A stretch of 64,000 nucleotides of DNA, taken from NCBI GenBank assembly GCA_012267415.1, contig JAAXGN010000108.1, forward strand, positions 157,805 to 221,804, in the 5' to 3' direction. The first letter of the stretch is position 1. Each line of letters starts with the position of its first letter. Position numbers and translations under genes: made by a program. The notes below the pieces were generated by a model. The model searched no databases, had not been told where the DNA came from, and saw only the letters and a program-made list of their open reading frames with translations. The stretch comes from Candidatus Poribacteria bacterium. GTDB taxonomy: Bacteria > Poribacteria > WGA-4E > WGA-3G. This document shows positions 46,581 to 55,499 of this stretch, one piece after another.

Positions 46581-47381
46581 TCACTCATCCAATGTAGGAC
46601 GATTCAAACGTGCGTGATACGGTGGTTCCATAACAGCACGTTGTCGTTCATCTGCCCAATCTGGCACTTGATAGGCAGGAACATAAGCCATATTTCCTGC
46701 AGTGTATCGCGTGAGAATAGAACGTCGGGGATGCTCTGCCGTCCACGGTAAAGTTCCGTGGGTCACTGCTTCAGTAAAGATAATAACGTCGCCAGCATTA
46801 CAGACGAGTTGTCTAATGTGTTCTTGATGTTTCTTATAGAGTCGCATCTCTTGCGGACATGCATAATTACTCTTATGACTCCCAGGAATGACAATCAATC
46901 CGCCTGCGCCAGGGGGTACATCTGTCAGTTGAAATGTCACAACAGTCAACCCGTTGTGCATCCTTCCATCACGAAAAATATAGTACTGATTCGGATCAAA
47001 TCCGGGTCCCGATGACCCATGGAATATAAACCCTTCTGCACCTTTGTCCATAGAAAGCAGAAACATCTGGTGATCCATACGAAATCCTTTACCCAAAATT
47101 ACATTTAGGTACGGGACAAGTGTCGGGTGTGTCAACATATTGCGAAATGGATTACACCACGGTTCTTCCCATCCCAGCATACCACCGAGTTCACCTCTTC
47201 CATGTTCACCTCTTAGTTCTTCAGAGCCACCGTCAAGCGTCTGCTCCTTAGGACGAATACGCATCTGATCACTATGCCTGTCAATTGCTTCATTTGCGAC
47301 TGCTACCTCTTCAGCTGTTAGGACATTCTTGATGATGAGATAACCGTTCAAATCAAATAAATATCTCTCTTCTGCATTCAT
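46581..47381 (-). CDS. Phytanoyl-CoA dioxygenase (PhyH) family Fe(II)/2-oxoglutarate oxygenase.
   Basis: FDLNGYLIIKNVLTAEEVAVANEAID is the PhyH N-terminal signature. HxD...H ligand residues are present. Confidence 0.8.
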   Translation of the reverse strand: MNAEERYLFDLNGYLIIKNVLTAEEVAVANEAIDRHSDQMRIRPKEQTLDGGSEELRGEHGRGELGGMLGWEEPWCNPFRNMLTHPTLVPYLNVILGKGFRMDHQMFLLSMDKGAEGFIFHGSSGPGFDPNQYYIFRDGRMHNGLTVVTFQLTDVPPGAGGLIVIPGSHKSNYACPQEMRLYKKHQEHIRQLVCNAGDVIIFTEAVTHGTLPWTAEHPRRSILTRYTAGNMAYVPAYQVPDWADERQRAVMEPPYHARLNRPTLDE

Positions 47382-47560
47382 TCTCTATCTCCTCATTCTA
47401 GTGCTTAGTCAACACATTATTGTAGGTCGCGATTCGGAGATCGCTCCTACAGAATCGTTTGTATTGTAGGAGGGAACTCCGATTCCCGACTTTTTAATAC
47501 TATCAGATAACACTTGACTAAGCACTATTTTCTCTATGAAATGATATCAATCTGTCTAAC

Positions 47561-48757
47561 CTACACTGCATAAGCAACGGAACCGTCTTCCCGCAAGGGT
47601 GTAGTTCCACTGTTCATCGGTTGAAACGGAGTCTTTTCAATCAGATCGTCAACAAGCGTAACCCCTAAACCCGGTGCTTGTGGAATAGGTATATATCCAC
47701 CCTCGCGTTGGTATGTAACCTTGTAGACCGCGAATTTATCTGATTCATCTGATTTTGTATACTCCTGTGTAACGAAATTCGGAATACTGGCGTCTAAATG
47801 AAGTGATGCCGCCGTTATCACCGGACCAAGAAAGTTATGGGTAACAACTGCACTGTGATATGCCTCTGCTATCGCAGCGATCTTTTTGCAGTGCGTCAGA
47901 CCACCTGCCAAACCGACATCAGGACGAACATATTGCGGTCCACCTATCTCCAGAATCTCACGAAACTCCCAGATGCTTACATTACGTTCACCTATAGCGA
48001 GAGGAGTCGTCATGCGTTTGGCTAACTCAGCCTGTGTTGTGATTGTATCAATCTGTATCGGATCTTCAATGAAATAAAGATTGAATGGTGCTAATGCAGA
48101 TTCTAAGACGATACTGTTTATTGGTGTAAGTTTGCGATGTACTTCAACAATCAGGTCAAGGTCCGGTCCACCCCCTTCTCGTGCAGCTGCGACAAGATCA
48201 CGTGCTGTCTTCACAAGCCGGTCCAATGCCATATCTTGAAAATTTCCTACTAACGGATCAAACTTCAGAGCAGTGAATCCTTCCTCAACTGCTGATTTCG
48301 CAGCTTCGAACATTGTTTCGGGTGTGCTGCCGCCACCAAGCAAGTGCAATCTGATTTTATCCCGACAGTTACCTCCCAGTAGTTCCCATATCGGCACTTC
48401 AAAATGTTTCCCTTTTATATCCCACAATGCAATATCAACCGCACTGATTGCTCCGCTGAGTGCAGTTCCCTTGAACGGTCCCATCCGATAGAGGTATTGC
48501 CAATGATGTTCAATCCGTAAAGGATTCTGACCGATGAGATACTTCTTAAATGTATCAATTATCTTATCAACAGCTTCCGGATACCCCCAACACGCAGTTT
48601 GACCGATACCACTAATTCCGGTATCTGTATGTATTCTGATGACATATCCGTTAGCAATAAAAAACGACTCAATCTTATCTATTTTCATAAAACGCTCCAA
48701 TGAGAAAGTGATTACTTGAACTGAAATCATTGTATCACAAGCAGTAGAATTTGACAA
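47561..48757 (-). CDS. Enolase-superfamily enzyme, mandelate racemase / muconate lactonizing (sugar-acid dehydratase-like).
   Basis: MKIDKIESFFIANGYVIRIHTDTGISGIGQT, the KxK and metal-binding D/E/D residues, and DxH. The track start at 48757 is probably too far upstream. The likely start is MKIDKI at about 48688. Confidence 0.85.
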   Translation of the reverse strand: MSNSTACDTMISVQVITFSLERFMKIDKIESFFIANGYVIRIHTDTGISGIGQTACWGYPEAVDKIIDTFKKYLIGQNPLRIEHHWQYLYRMGPFKGTALSGAISAVDIALWDIKGKHFEVPIWELLGGNCRDKIRLHLLGGGSTPETMFEAAKSAVEEGFTALKFDPLVGNFQDMALDRLVKTARDLVAAAREGGGPDLDLIVEVHRKLTPINSIVLESALAPFNLYFIEDPIQIDTITTQAELAKRMTTPLAIGERNVSIWEFREILEIGGPQYVRPDVGLAGGLTHCKKIAAIAEAYHSAVVTHNFLGPVITAASLHLDASIPNFVTQEYTKSDESDKFAVYKVTYQREGGYIPIPQAPGLGVTLVDDLIEKTPFQPMNSGTTPLREDGSVAYAV

Positions 48758-48850
48758 TAGTAGAAGCGCGAGGGGCGTGTAAAGTCTGGGTTACCTGTCT
48801 GGACCAGGATTATTAGGATTTCCAGGATAAGAACATTATGAACAATAAAG

Positions 48851-48985
48851 CCTAAGCATCAGCGGTGCGAAAGGTGTATAGCACGTGTGAGCAAAAATAT
48901 CCTAAGCACCAGCGGTGCGAAAGGTGTATAGCACGTGTGAGCAAAATATCCTAAGCCCCAGTGGTGCGAAAGGTGTATAGAAAAC
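48851..48985. repeat. Three tandem copies (~50 bp period) of CCTAAGCAYCAGCGGTGCGAAAGGTGTATAGCACGTGTGAGCAAAA. A fourth dispersed copy lies at 8767-8804.
   Basis: Direct repeats are visible at 48851, 48901 and 48950. They contain the hairpin GCACC-AGC-GGTGC. Confidence 0.85.
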
Positions 48986-49030
48986 ATTTACAAAAGAAAA
49001 AACGAAAGTCGCCCAAACTACAGTAGAAGG

Positions 49031-50608
49031 TTACTTCCTTATTAACATCTTGCGTGTCGCAGAAAAATCGCCTGCGGTGATTGAATAGAAATAGACTCCG
49101 CTTGAGACAGGTTCCCCTTGTGCATTCTTACCATCCCAATACGCTGCACGGTTTTTCTCTTGATACATACCTGCAGGTTGTTGTCCGATTGCCAACTTCC
49201 GAACCACCTTCCCATTTGCTGTATAGATTCTCAGCGTAACTTCTGCGGGTTTCGCTAACTGATAAGGTATCCATGTTTCCGGGTTGAATGGATTAGGGTA
49301 ATTTGGTAAGAGTGCCGTTGCTTTTGGTGTCAATACCTTCAATAGATTTTCCAACACCTGTATACCGCGTTGAAAATGGGGATCTGTCAGGTTGGGCTGC
49401 CGTGCTGCGTTTAGCCATTTTTCAACGTTTTCGCGTGTGAGTATCTCATCCGTATTGAGTCTCCACAAAGTAGGAGCTGCATCAGCATCCGCATTTTCAA
49501 ACGCTACTGCGACGATCAGAAAATCCTTCGTATTCACGACACCATCACCATTGACATCAGCAGGATTCGCACCCTTCGCACCGAAGTTAGAAGCGACAAG
49601 CGTTAGGTCAGTGATATTCACCACGCCATCGTTATTGACATCTGCAGTTTGTGTAGGGTTCAGTTCCCACAGCAGTATGGTGCCGTCCCTACTCTCACTT
49701 GCGAGCGTTGTGCCATCTGGACTAAACGCTACACTATAGACATCCCCCGTATGTCCTGTTAGTATTTTTATGTTCTCTCCTGTGGACACATCCCATAAAT
49801 GGATTGTTTGTTCCCAACCTCCACCCCCACTTGCGAGTGTGTTTCCATCTGGACTAAACGCTATACTCTCGACATCCCGGGACCAATGTCCTGCCGATAG
49901 CGTTCTAATGTTCTCTCCTGTGGACACATCCCATAAAAAGATCGTGCCATCCCCACCCCCACCTGTGATTGTGTTTCCATCCGGACTAAACGACATACTC
50001 TTGAACGAAAACGTATCTGTTAGTGTTCTGATGTGCGTCCTTGTGGACACATCCCATAACCGGATTCCTCCAAGGCCGGATCCCCTACTTGCAAGTGTAT
50101 TTCCATCCGGACTGAACAATACACTCTCGACATACCCCCAATGTCCCGTTAGCGTTTTGATGTGTGTCCCTGTAGACACATCAGACACATCAAATAAAAA
50201 GATCGTGCTATTTGAATTCCCAGTTGCGATTGTCCTTCCATCTGGACTAAACGCAATACTCATGATATTACACGCATGTCCTCCCGATAGCGTTCTGAGG
50301 GGCATCCCTGTGGACACATCAAATAAATGAATTTTGCTCCCACTCCCACTTGCGAGGGTGGTGCCATCTGGGCTATACGACAAACGCACGTAGCCATCCC
50401 CTGGTAGTGTTTTTATGTTTTCTCCTGTGGACACATCCCACAAGCGGATGGTGTCGTCATAACTCCCAGTTGCGATTGTGTTTCCATCCGGACTAAACGA
50501 TAGACTCGTGATATTCCTTGTATGTCCCGTTAGCGTTCTGATGTGCCCCTGTGGACACATCAAATAAACGGATTTCTCTCCCACTCCTACTTGCGAGGAT
50601 GTTTCCAC
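49031..50608 (-). CDS. WD40-repeat protein, C-terminal part, with dockerin-like repeats and a T9SS-type C-terminal sorting domain.
   Basis: WD units (WDVSTGENIKTLTGH...) and dockerin-like ADVNNDGVVNITDL / ADVNGDGVVNTKDF. The C-terminus NYPNPFNPETWIPYQL...GVYFYSITAGDFSATRKMLIRK matches the Por-secretion (T9SS) CTD pattern. It overlaps the upstream WD40 ORF by 116 nt, so this is probably one gene with a frameshift. Confidence 0.6.
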   Translation of the reverse strand: METSSQVGVGEKSVYLMCPQGHIRTLTGHTRNITSLSFSPDGNTIATGSYDDTIRLWDVSTGENIKTLPGDGYVRLSYSPDGTTLASGSGSKIHLFDVSTGMPLRTLSGGHACNIMSIAFSPDGRTIATGNSNSTIFLFDVSDVSTGTHIKTLTGHWGYVESVLFSPDGNTLASRGSGLGGIRLWDVSTRTHIRTLTDTFSFKSMSFSPDGNTITGGGGDGTIFLWDVSTGENIRTLSAGHWSRDVESIAFSPDGNTLASGGGGWEQTIHLWDVSTGENIKILTGHTGDVYSVAFSPDGTTLASESRDGTILLWELNPTQTADVNNDGVVNITDLTLVASNFGAKGANPADVNGDGVVNTKDFLIVAVAFENADADAAPTLWRLNTDEILTRENVEKWLNAARQPNLTDPHFQRGIQVLENLLKVLTPKATALLPNYPNPFNPETWIPYQLAKPAEVTLRIYTANGKVVRKLAIGQQPAGMYQEKNRAAYWDGKNAQGEPVSSGVYFYSITAGDFSATRKMLIRK

Positions 50609-51671
50609 CTGGACTGAACGCTACACTATCTATACGCCCATGTCCCGATAGTCCTGGTGTTGTTTTTATGTTCTCTCCTGTGGACACGTCCCATAAATGG
50701 ATTTCTCTAGGACTCACACTTGAGATGGTGTTTCCATCTGGACTAAACGCTACACTATAGACCCAGTTCGTCTGTCCCGTTAATGTTTTGATGTTTTCGC
50801 CTGTAGACATATCAAATAAACCGATTCCTTCCGAACTCCTACTTGCGAGGATGTTTCCATCCGGACTGAACGATCCATATCCCCCCGTTAGTGTCCTGAT
50901 GTGTGTGCCTGTGGACACATCCCATAAAAAGATACCTTCCCTACTCTCACTTGCGAGGGTGTTTCCATCCGGACTAAACAATACACGACTGACCCCCTGC
51001 TCATGTTCTGTTAGTGTTCTGATGTTTTCACCTGTGGACACATCCCATAAATGGATGGTGCCATCCCGACCCCCACCTGCAAGTGTGTTTCCATTTGGAC
51101 TAAACGATAGACTATGGACCCAGCTCGTATCTCCCGTTAGCGTTTTGATTCTCTTGCCTGTGGACACTTCTGACAAAACGATTCCCTTACTCCCAGTTGC
51201 GAGTGTGTTTCCATCTGGACTGAACGCTATACTATAGATAGTCCACTGTCCCGGTAGTGTTCTGATGAGCATCCCTGTGGACACATCCCATAAATGGATG
51301 GTGTTGATATTAAAATCCCTACCCAAAACCCTACTCACACTTGCGAGTGTGTTTCCGTCCGGACTGAACGCTACACTATAGACCTCCCCCGTATATCCTG
51401 AGATAAGATCAAGTGCTTCCCCTGTCTGTGCGTCGTAAATCCAAATACCGATACTACTTGCAACTGCTAACCGAGTGCCATCGGGTGAATACTTGACTTC
51501 ATTTATTGTCCCTTTCCCCAATCGTGCTTTCGCACCTACGGGTAGGTGCCATTGCGGGGAAACTTGTGCGGAGGTGTTTGACGTAAAAATCGTTGTGAGA
51601 ACAAAAGTTATCAGGATCAGAAAGTGTCTGTTTTTCATATAGATTTTCCTCCTACTTATAGTTTGTATCAA
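50493..51671 (-). CDS. WD40-repeat protein, N-terminal part, with a signal peptide.
   Basis: MKNRHFLILITFVLTTIFTSNTSAQ is followed by 8 or more WD units (FSPDGNTLA...WDVSTG...). The frame is lost within a repeat unit near 50530-50560. Confidence 0.6.
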   Translation of the reverse strand: MIQTISRRKIYMKNRHFLILITFVLTTIFTSNTSAQVSPQWHLPVGAKARLGKGTINEVKYSPDGTRLAVASSIGIWIYDAQTGEALDLISGYTGEVYSVAFSPDGNTLASVSRVLGRDFNINTIHLWDVSTGMLIRTLPGQWTIYSIAFSPDGNTLATGSKGIVLSEVSTGKRIKTLTGDTSWVHSLSFSPNGNTLAGGGRDGTIHLWDVSTGENIRTLTEHEQGVSRVLFSPDGNTLASESREGIFLWDVSTGTHIRTLTGGYGSFSPDGNILASRSSEGIGLFDMSTGENIKTLTGQTNWVYSVAFSPDGNTISSVSPREIHLWDVSTGENIKTTPGLSGHGRIDSVAFSPGGNILASRSGREIRLFDVSTGAHQNANGTYKEYHESIV

Positions 51672-51720
51672 ATGACTCTATGAGTTAAACTCATACCAGC
51701 CATCCTACAATCATTTGATA

Positions 51721-51879
51721 CTATTTCCGTATCAACATCCTGCATGTTGCAGCAAAATCACTAACATGGGCATGAAACCTGACCTCTAATACTGTGAGGA
51801 TTGCTTCTGCGGTTTGTTCTTTTTTCCCTTGTCGTATGCGGCGTTGTATCATGGTTTCGTAAAAAGGCGATTCTTTCAT
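51721..51879 (-). pseudogene. Remnant of an Rpn/YhgA-like (DUF4351 C-terminal domain) gene.
   Basis: A 52-aa ORF preceded by GGAGG. MKESPFYETMIQRRIRQGKKEQTAEAILTVLEVRFHAHVSDFAATCRMLIRK resembles the DUF4351 tail (…AE.L..LL..RFG…). The nuclease domain is absent. Confidence 0.3.
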
Positions 51880-52658
51880 GAGTGCCTCCAATATGCCATC
51901 CTGAATAAAGTGCAGGAGGATGAATTAAACTCCAAATTCCGATAGTGTATATGCTGTGTATTCAGAGCAAACGCTGCGAGTTAGTCAGGTGAGTATTCTC
52001 CTAAATGCTTGAAGAATTTATCATAGTGTGTCCTGTTAAGTATTATACACAAAGTTAAGAAAAATATCAAGGAAACGCTGCACAGAGGTGTGTAAAGTTT
52101 TATTTGACAAATGAAGTAGTTGTATGTTATAATACATTTCACAATAATTTAAAAGGGTGCGCATCATGCAAAACAACAGAAAACAAAAACCTATCGTCAT
52201 AAAAAATCAAGTGGTGCAAATCGAACTTCAACTGCAAAAAACGTAAAATATATTTGACATTTGGTTTCTTACCGTTTGGGAAAATTAAAAAAATAAATAC
52301 TCAAAAAAACAGCCGATAACCCCTTACACAGACTGGGTTAATAGACACATTACCAAAAAATACCACGGTAAGAAATTTCTTACCGTATGGTAACTTTTCG
52401 AAGAATTGACATGTCCCATAAAATTGACGAAAACACATAGTCTGTAATTAACTTGCAGAGCACATGATGTTGTGAAAAAAACCTGAAATTAACAAAATAC
52501 CCTTCCGCGCCCATCTGTGTAACTGACGTGTTCCCCGCGTGATCCGTGATTCAGACAATATACTGAAAACTGAAATTTGTGTTGAATATAAGACAAATCT
52601 CTGTTAAAATATATCTCTAATGCAATACTTTGTCAGGTTTGAAATGAATTGATAAGCG

Positions 52659-53516
52659 ATGGAAATTAGAATGGACAGAATCAAAGACTTTTACGCGAAA
52701 GCGAATAAATATATGCCCATCTTCCCCAAAGCGACTGGACAACCGACCATTTATATTGAAGGATATCCATTTGAGGATGATGAACCCATGGCAGCAACCT
52801 TGGCTCACGGTGAACAGATTTCCACCTTTCACGAACAACTCAAACGTTATTATTGGACGGATCCTTATGTCTTGATAGGACTTGACTGTTTTATCTATTA
52901 TAGTGAAGGAGACAAGAAAAAATGCGTTGCTCCCGATATATTTGTGGTGTTGGGTGCAAAGAAATATCCACCGAGACGTAGTTTCTATACCTGGGCAGAA
53001 GGTGCTGTCCCCGATACGATACTTGAGTTTCTATCAGATAGCACGAAAAAAGACGATAGAGATAGAAAAGTACAGATATATTTAGGGGAGATGGGAGCAA
53101 AAGAATACTTTATACATCAACCCGATTTGGAAAGACCTGCGGAGTTCCGGGGATGGTATCGTGACACTTCCGGTGAAATCATTGAGATGACACAAGACAC
53201 ACCAAGAACGTTGTTTAGTGAGAGACTAAACCTATTGTTCAAATGGAATGTAGAAGTGGATTTGAATGTCCGCTTGCTGCGTCCATATTTTCCAGATGGA
53301 ACCCCCATAACCACATCCATAGAAGAAAGTGTTCTGCGTGTAAATGCTGAGACTAAAGTTGAAGAACAAGCAGAGCAATTGAGAGATGCAAAGAATCTCA
53401 CAGATGAACAAGCAGAGCAATTGAGAGATGCAAAGAATCTCACAGATGAACAAGCAGAAAAGATTCAAGAACAGGCAGCTGAATTAGAAAGATTGCGTCG
53501 ACAACTTGGTAAGTGA
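52659..53516 (+). CDS. Uma2-family (DUF820) PD-(D/E)xK endonuclease with a C-terminal coiled-coil tandem repeat.
   Basis: APDIFVVLGAKKY...FYTWAEGAVPDTILEFLSDSTKKDDRDRKVQIYLGEMGAKEYFIHQPD matches the Uma2 core. The C-terminus has a 2x14-aa repeat, EQAEQLRDAKNLTD (42-bp DNA repeat at about 53368-53451). Confidence 0.7.
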   Translation: MEIRMDRIKDFYAKANKYMPIFPKATGQPTIYIEGYPFEDDEPMAATLAHGEQISTFHEQLKRYYWTDPYVLIGLDCFIYYSEGDKKKCVAPDIFVVLGAKKYPPRRSFYTWAEGAVPDTILEFLSDSTKKDDRDRKVQIYLGEMGAKEYFIHQPDLERPAEFRGWYRDTSGEIIEMTQDTPRTLFSERLNLLFKWNVEVDLNVRLLRPYFPDGTPITTSIEESVLRVNAETKVEEQAEQLRDAKNLTDEQAEQLRDAKNLTDEQAEKIQEQAAELERLRRQLGK

Positions 53517-53659
53517 TAACAGATATCAATACCTTCGACATTTTATACCAGATTAACATGATTCGTAGCGGTAGGTGCGATATCCTTATCGCACCGATCA
53601 CCTAAAAAACAAGATAAATCCCGTTAATTTGGTATTATAAATACACGAGGAAGTCTAAT

Positions 53660-54934
53660 TTGAAAATTTTGGTAATTGGACAGGGAGGACGAGAACATAC
53701 ACTTGTTTGGAAACTTGCACAAAGTCCACTCGTTGAAAAGGTCTACTGCACCCCTGGGAACGCAGGTATAGCACAAATCGCAACGTTAATACCATGCAAA
53801 GGTGATTTTAGTGAACTTGCTGATTTGGCAAAATCCAAAAAGATTGACTTAACAGTCGTGGGACCTGAAGTGCCACTGGCAGCAGGTATTGTTGATGATT
53901 TTCATGAGCGGGGTCTGATAGCATTCGGTCCGAATAAAAAAGCAGCACGACTTGAAGGGAGTAAAGACTTTGCCAAGCAGCTTATGACAAAAAACGGGAT
54001 CCCTACGGCTGCACATCAAACCTTCTCAGATGCTGATGCAGCGATTGCCTACATTCAGGACATCAGATCGCCTGTTTTTGTAAAGGCAGATGGACTCGCT
54101 GCTGGAAAAGGTGTTATCCCCGGACGAACGCCAGATGAAGCAATTAAAGCTGTCCAGACGATATTAGTTGACAAAGCATTCGGTGCAGCAGGAAACAACG
54201 TCGTCATTGAAGAGGAATTGATGGGTGAAGAGGCGTCTTTTACAGTCCTGACAGATGGCGAAAACTGTCTGCCTTTTGTCAGTTCACAAGACCACAAAAT
54301 GTCTCATGACGGGGATACGGGAAAGAACACAGGGGGAATGGGAGCATATTCACCCGCACCTGTCATTACACCTGAACTTCATGACTTTGTAATGAAGCAA
54401 GTTGTACACCCAACAATCAGTGGCATGTCAGAGATCGGATGTCCCTTCAAAGGTGTGTTATATGTTGGATTGATGATTACAGACGACGGACCTAAAGTGC
54501 TGGAATACAACTGCCGTTTTGGAGACCCAGAAGCTCAAGTCTTATTGCCACGACTAAAAAGCGACTTAGTTCCGCTGTTATCTGCATGCATTGATGGGAC
54601 GCTCGGTCAACAGAATGATGTAGAATGGCACGATGACGCAGCTGCTTGTGTCATCATGGCTTCAGGTGGATATCCAGATACGTACCAAACGGGTAAAGAT
54701 ATTATAGGTTTGGAAAATGCTTCAGAATTGGAAGGTGTAAACGTATTTCATGCAGGAACAGCACTAAAAGGTGAGAACATTGTAACTGCTGGTGGCCGTG
54801 TGTTAGGGGTAACAGCATTGGCTAAAGACCTGAAGTCTGCAATTGAACAATCCTATCGCGGTGTTTCTGCAATTCACTTTGATAAAGCACATTGGCGAAA
54901 AGACATCGGATATAGAGCACTTGCACGAAGCTGA
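53660..54934 (+). CDS. purD: Phosphoribosylamine-glycine ligase.
   Basis: MKILVIGQGGREHTLVWKLAQSP...VYCTPGNAG and ATP-grasp motifs. TTG start with an upstream GAGGAAG. Confidence 0.9.
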   Translation: MKILVIGQGGREHTLVWKLAQSPLVEKVYCTPGNAGIAQIATLIPCKGDFSELADLAKSKKIDLTVVGPEVPLAAGIVDDFHERGLIAFGPNKKAARLEGSKDFAKQLMTKNGIPTAAHQTFSDADAAIAYIQDIRSPVFVKADGLAAGKGVIPGRTPDEAIKAVQTILVDKAFGAAGNNVVIEEELMGEEASFTVLTDGENCLPFVSSQDHKMSHDGDTGKNTGGMGAYSPAPVITPELHDFVMKQVVHPTISGMSEIGCPFKGVLYVGLMITDDGPKVLEYNCRFGDPEAQVLLPRLKSDLVPLLSACIDGTLGQQNDVEWHDDAAACVIMASGGYPDTYQTGKDIIGLENASELEGVNVFHAGTALKGENIVTAGGRVLGVTALAKDLKSAIEQSYRGVSAIHFDKAHWRKDIGYRALARS

Positions 54935-54962
54935 ATAGATTTATCCCTGATGGTTTAACAAG

Positions 54963-55466
54963 ATGGTTGACGAACTCACATACAAAATTGCAAAGTGTTG
55001 TAATCCGGATGAGAAGCATGCAATATTAGGATACTTTAAGGAAGATGGTTCAATCACAGTGCACGATTCATCATGTATTACAGTTGCAGGATTGAGACCA
55101 GAGAGGTTGTTAGATGTAACATGGGATGAGATACATAAATCCGAAAAACCTGAAATAATGCTGGAGATCCCGGCTGAATTAGATGAAACTGACTACTACA
55201 TTCTGAAGCATCATCAAGAAATGGGAATGGATTACTCTATTGTTGTCGCAGAAACGATAAGACTTCCACTTGAGGAGATGCATCAGAGACATCGTAAACT
55301 CAAGGAACTGGGTGGTTTGAAGCGCGTAGAGGGACGTATCATCCACTATCGAAAAAACAGAGTTAAAGGCAAATGGATAAAACATCGTAATCATACATAC
55401 TATGAACTGACACCAGAAGGGAGTCAGTGGATACAGATATTTGAGAGAGATACAACTCAGCAATAA
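54963..55466 (+). CDS. Hypothetical protein with an N-terminal RelA/SpoT conserved-cysteine (CC/ZFD)-like motif.
   Basis: KIAKCCNPDEKHAILGYFKEDGSITVHDSSC resembles the RelA CC motif (AKCCNP.PGD.IVG.ITRGRGI.VH...C). The rest is basic and helical. Confidence 0.45.
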   Translation: MVDELTYKIAKCCNPDEKHAILGYFKEDGSITVHDSSCITVAGLRPERLLDVTWDEIHKSEKPEIMLEIPAELDETDYYILKHHQEMGMDYSIVVAETIRLPLEEMHQRHRKLKELGGLKRVEGRIIHYRKNRVKGKWIKHRNHTYYELTPEGSQWIQIFERDTTQQ

Positions 55467-55499
55467 TCCAATCTGAATGAATATCATAAGGAGACCGTA

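Noticed and set aside
48851-48985. Possible CRISPR array (regularly spaced ~50-bp repeats).
   Set aside because: The whole ~50-bp unit repeats with no unique spacers, and there are only three copies. No cas genes lie nearby. It is a tandem repeat, not a CRISPR array.
49392-51237. Plus-strand ORFs rich in PSGLNA, 115 to 186 aa.
   Set aside because: They are mirror-frame artefacts opposite the highly repetitive WD40 coding sequence on the minus strand.
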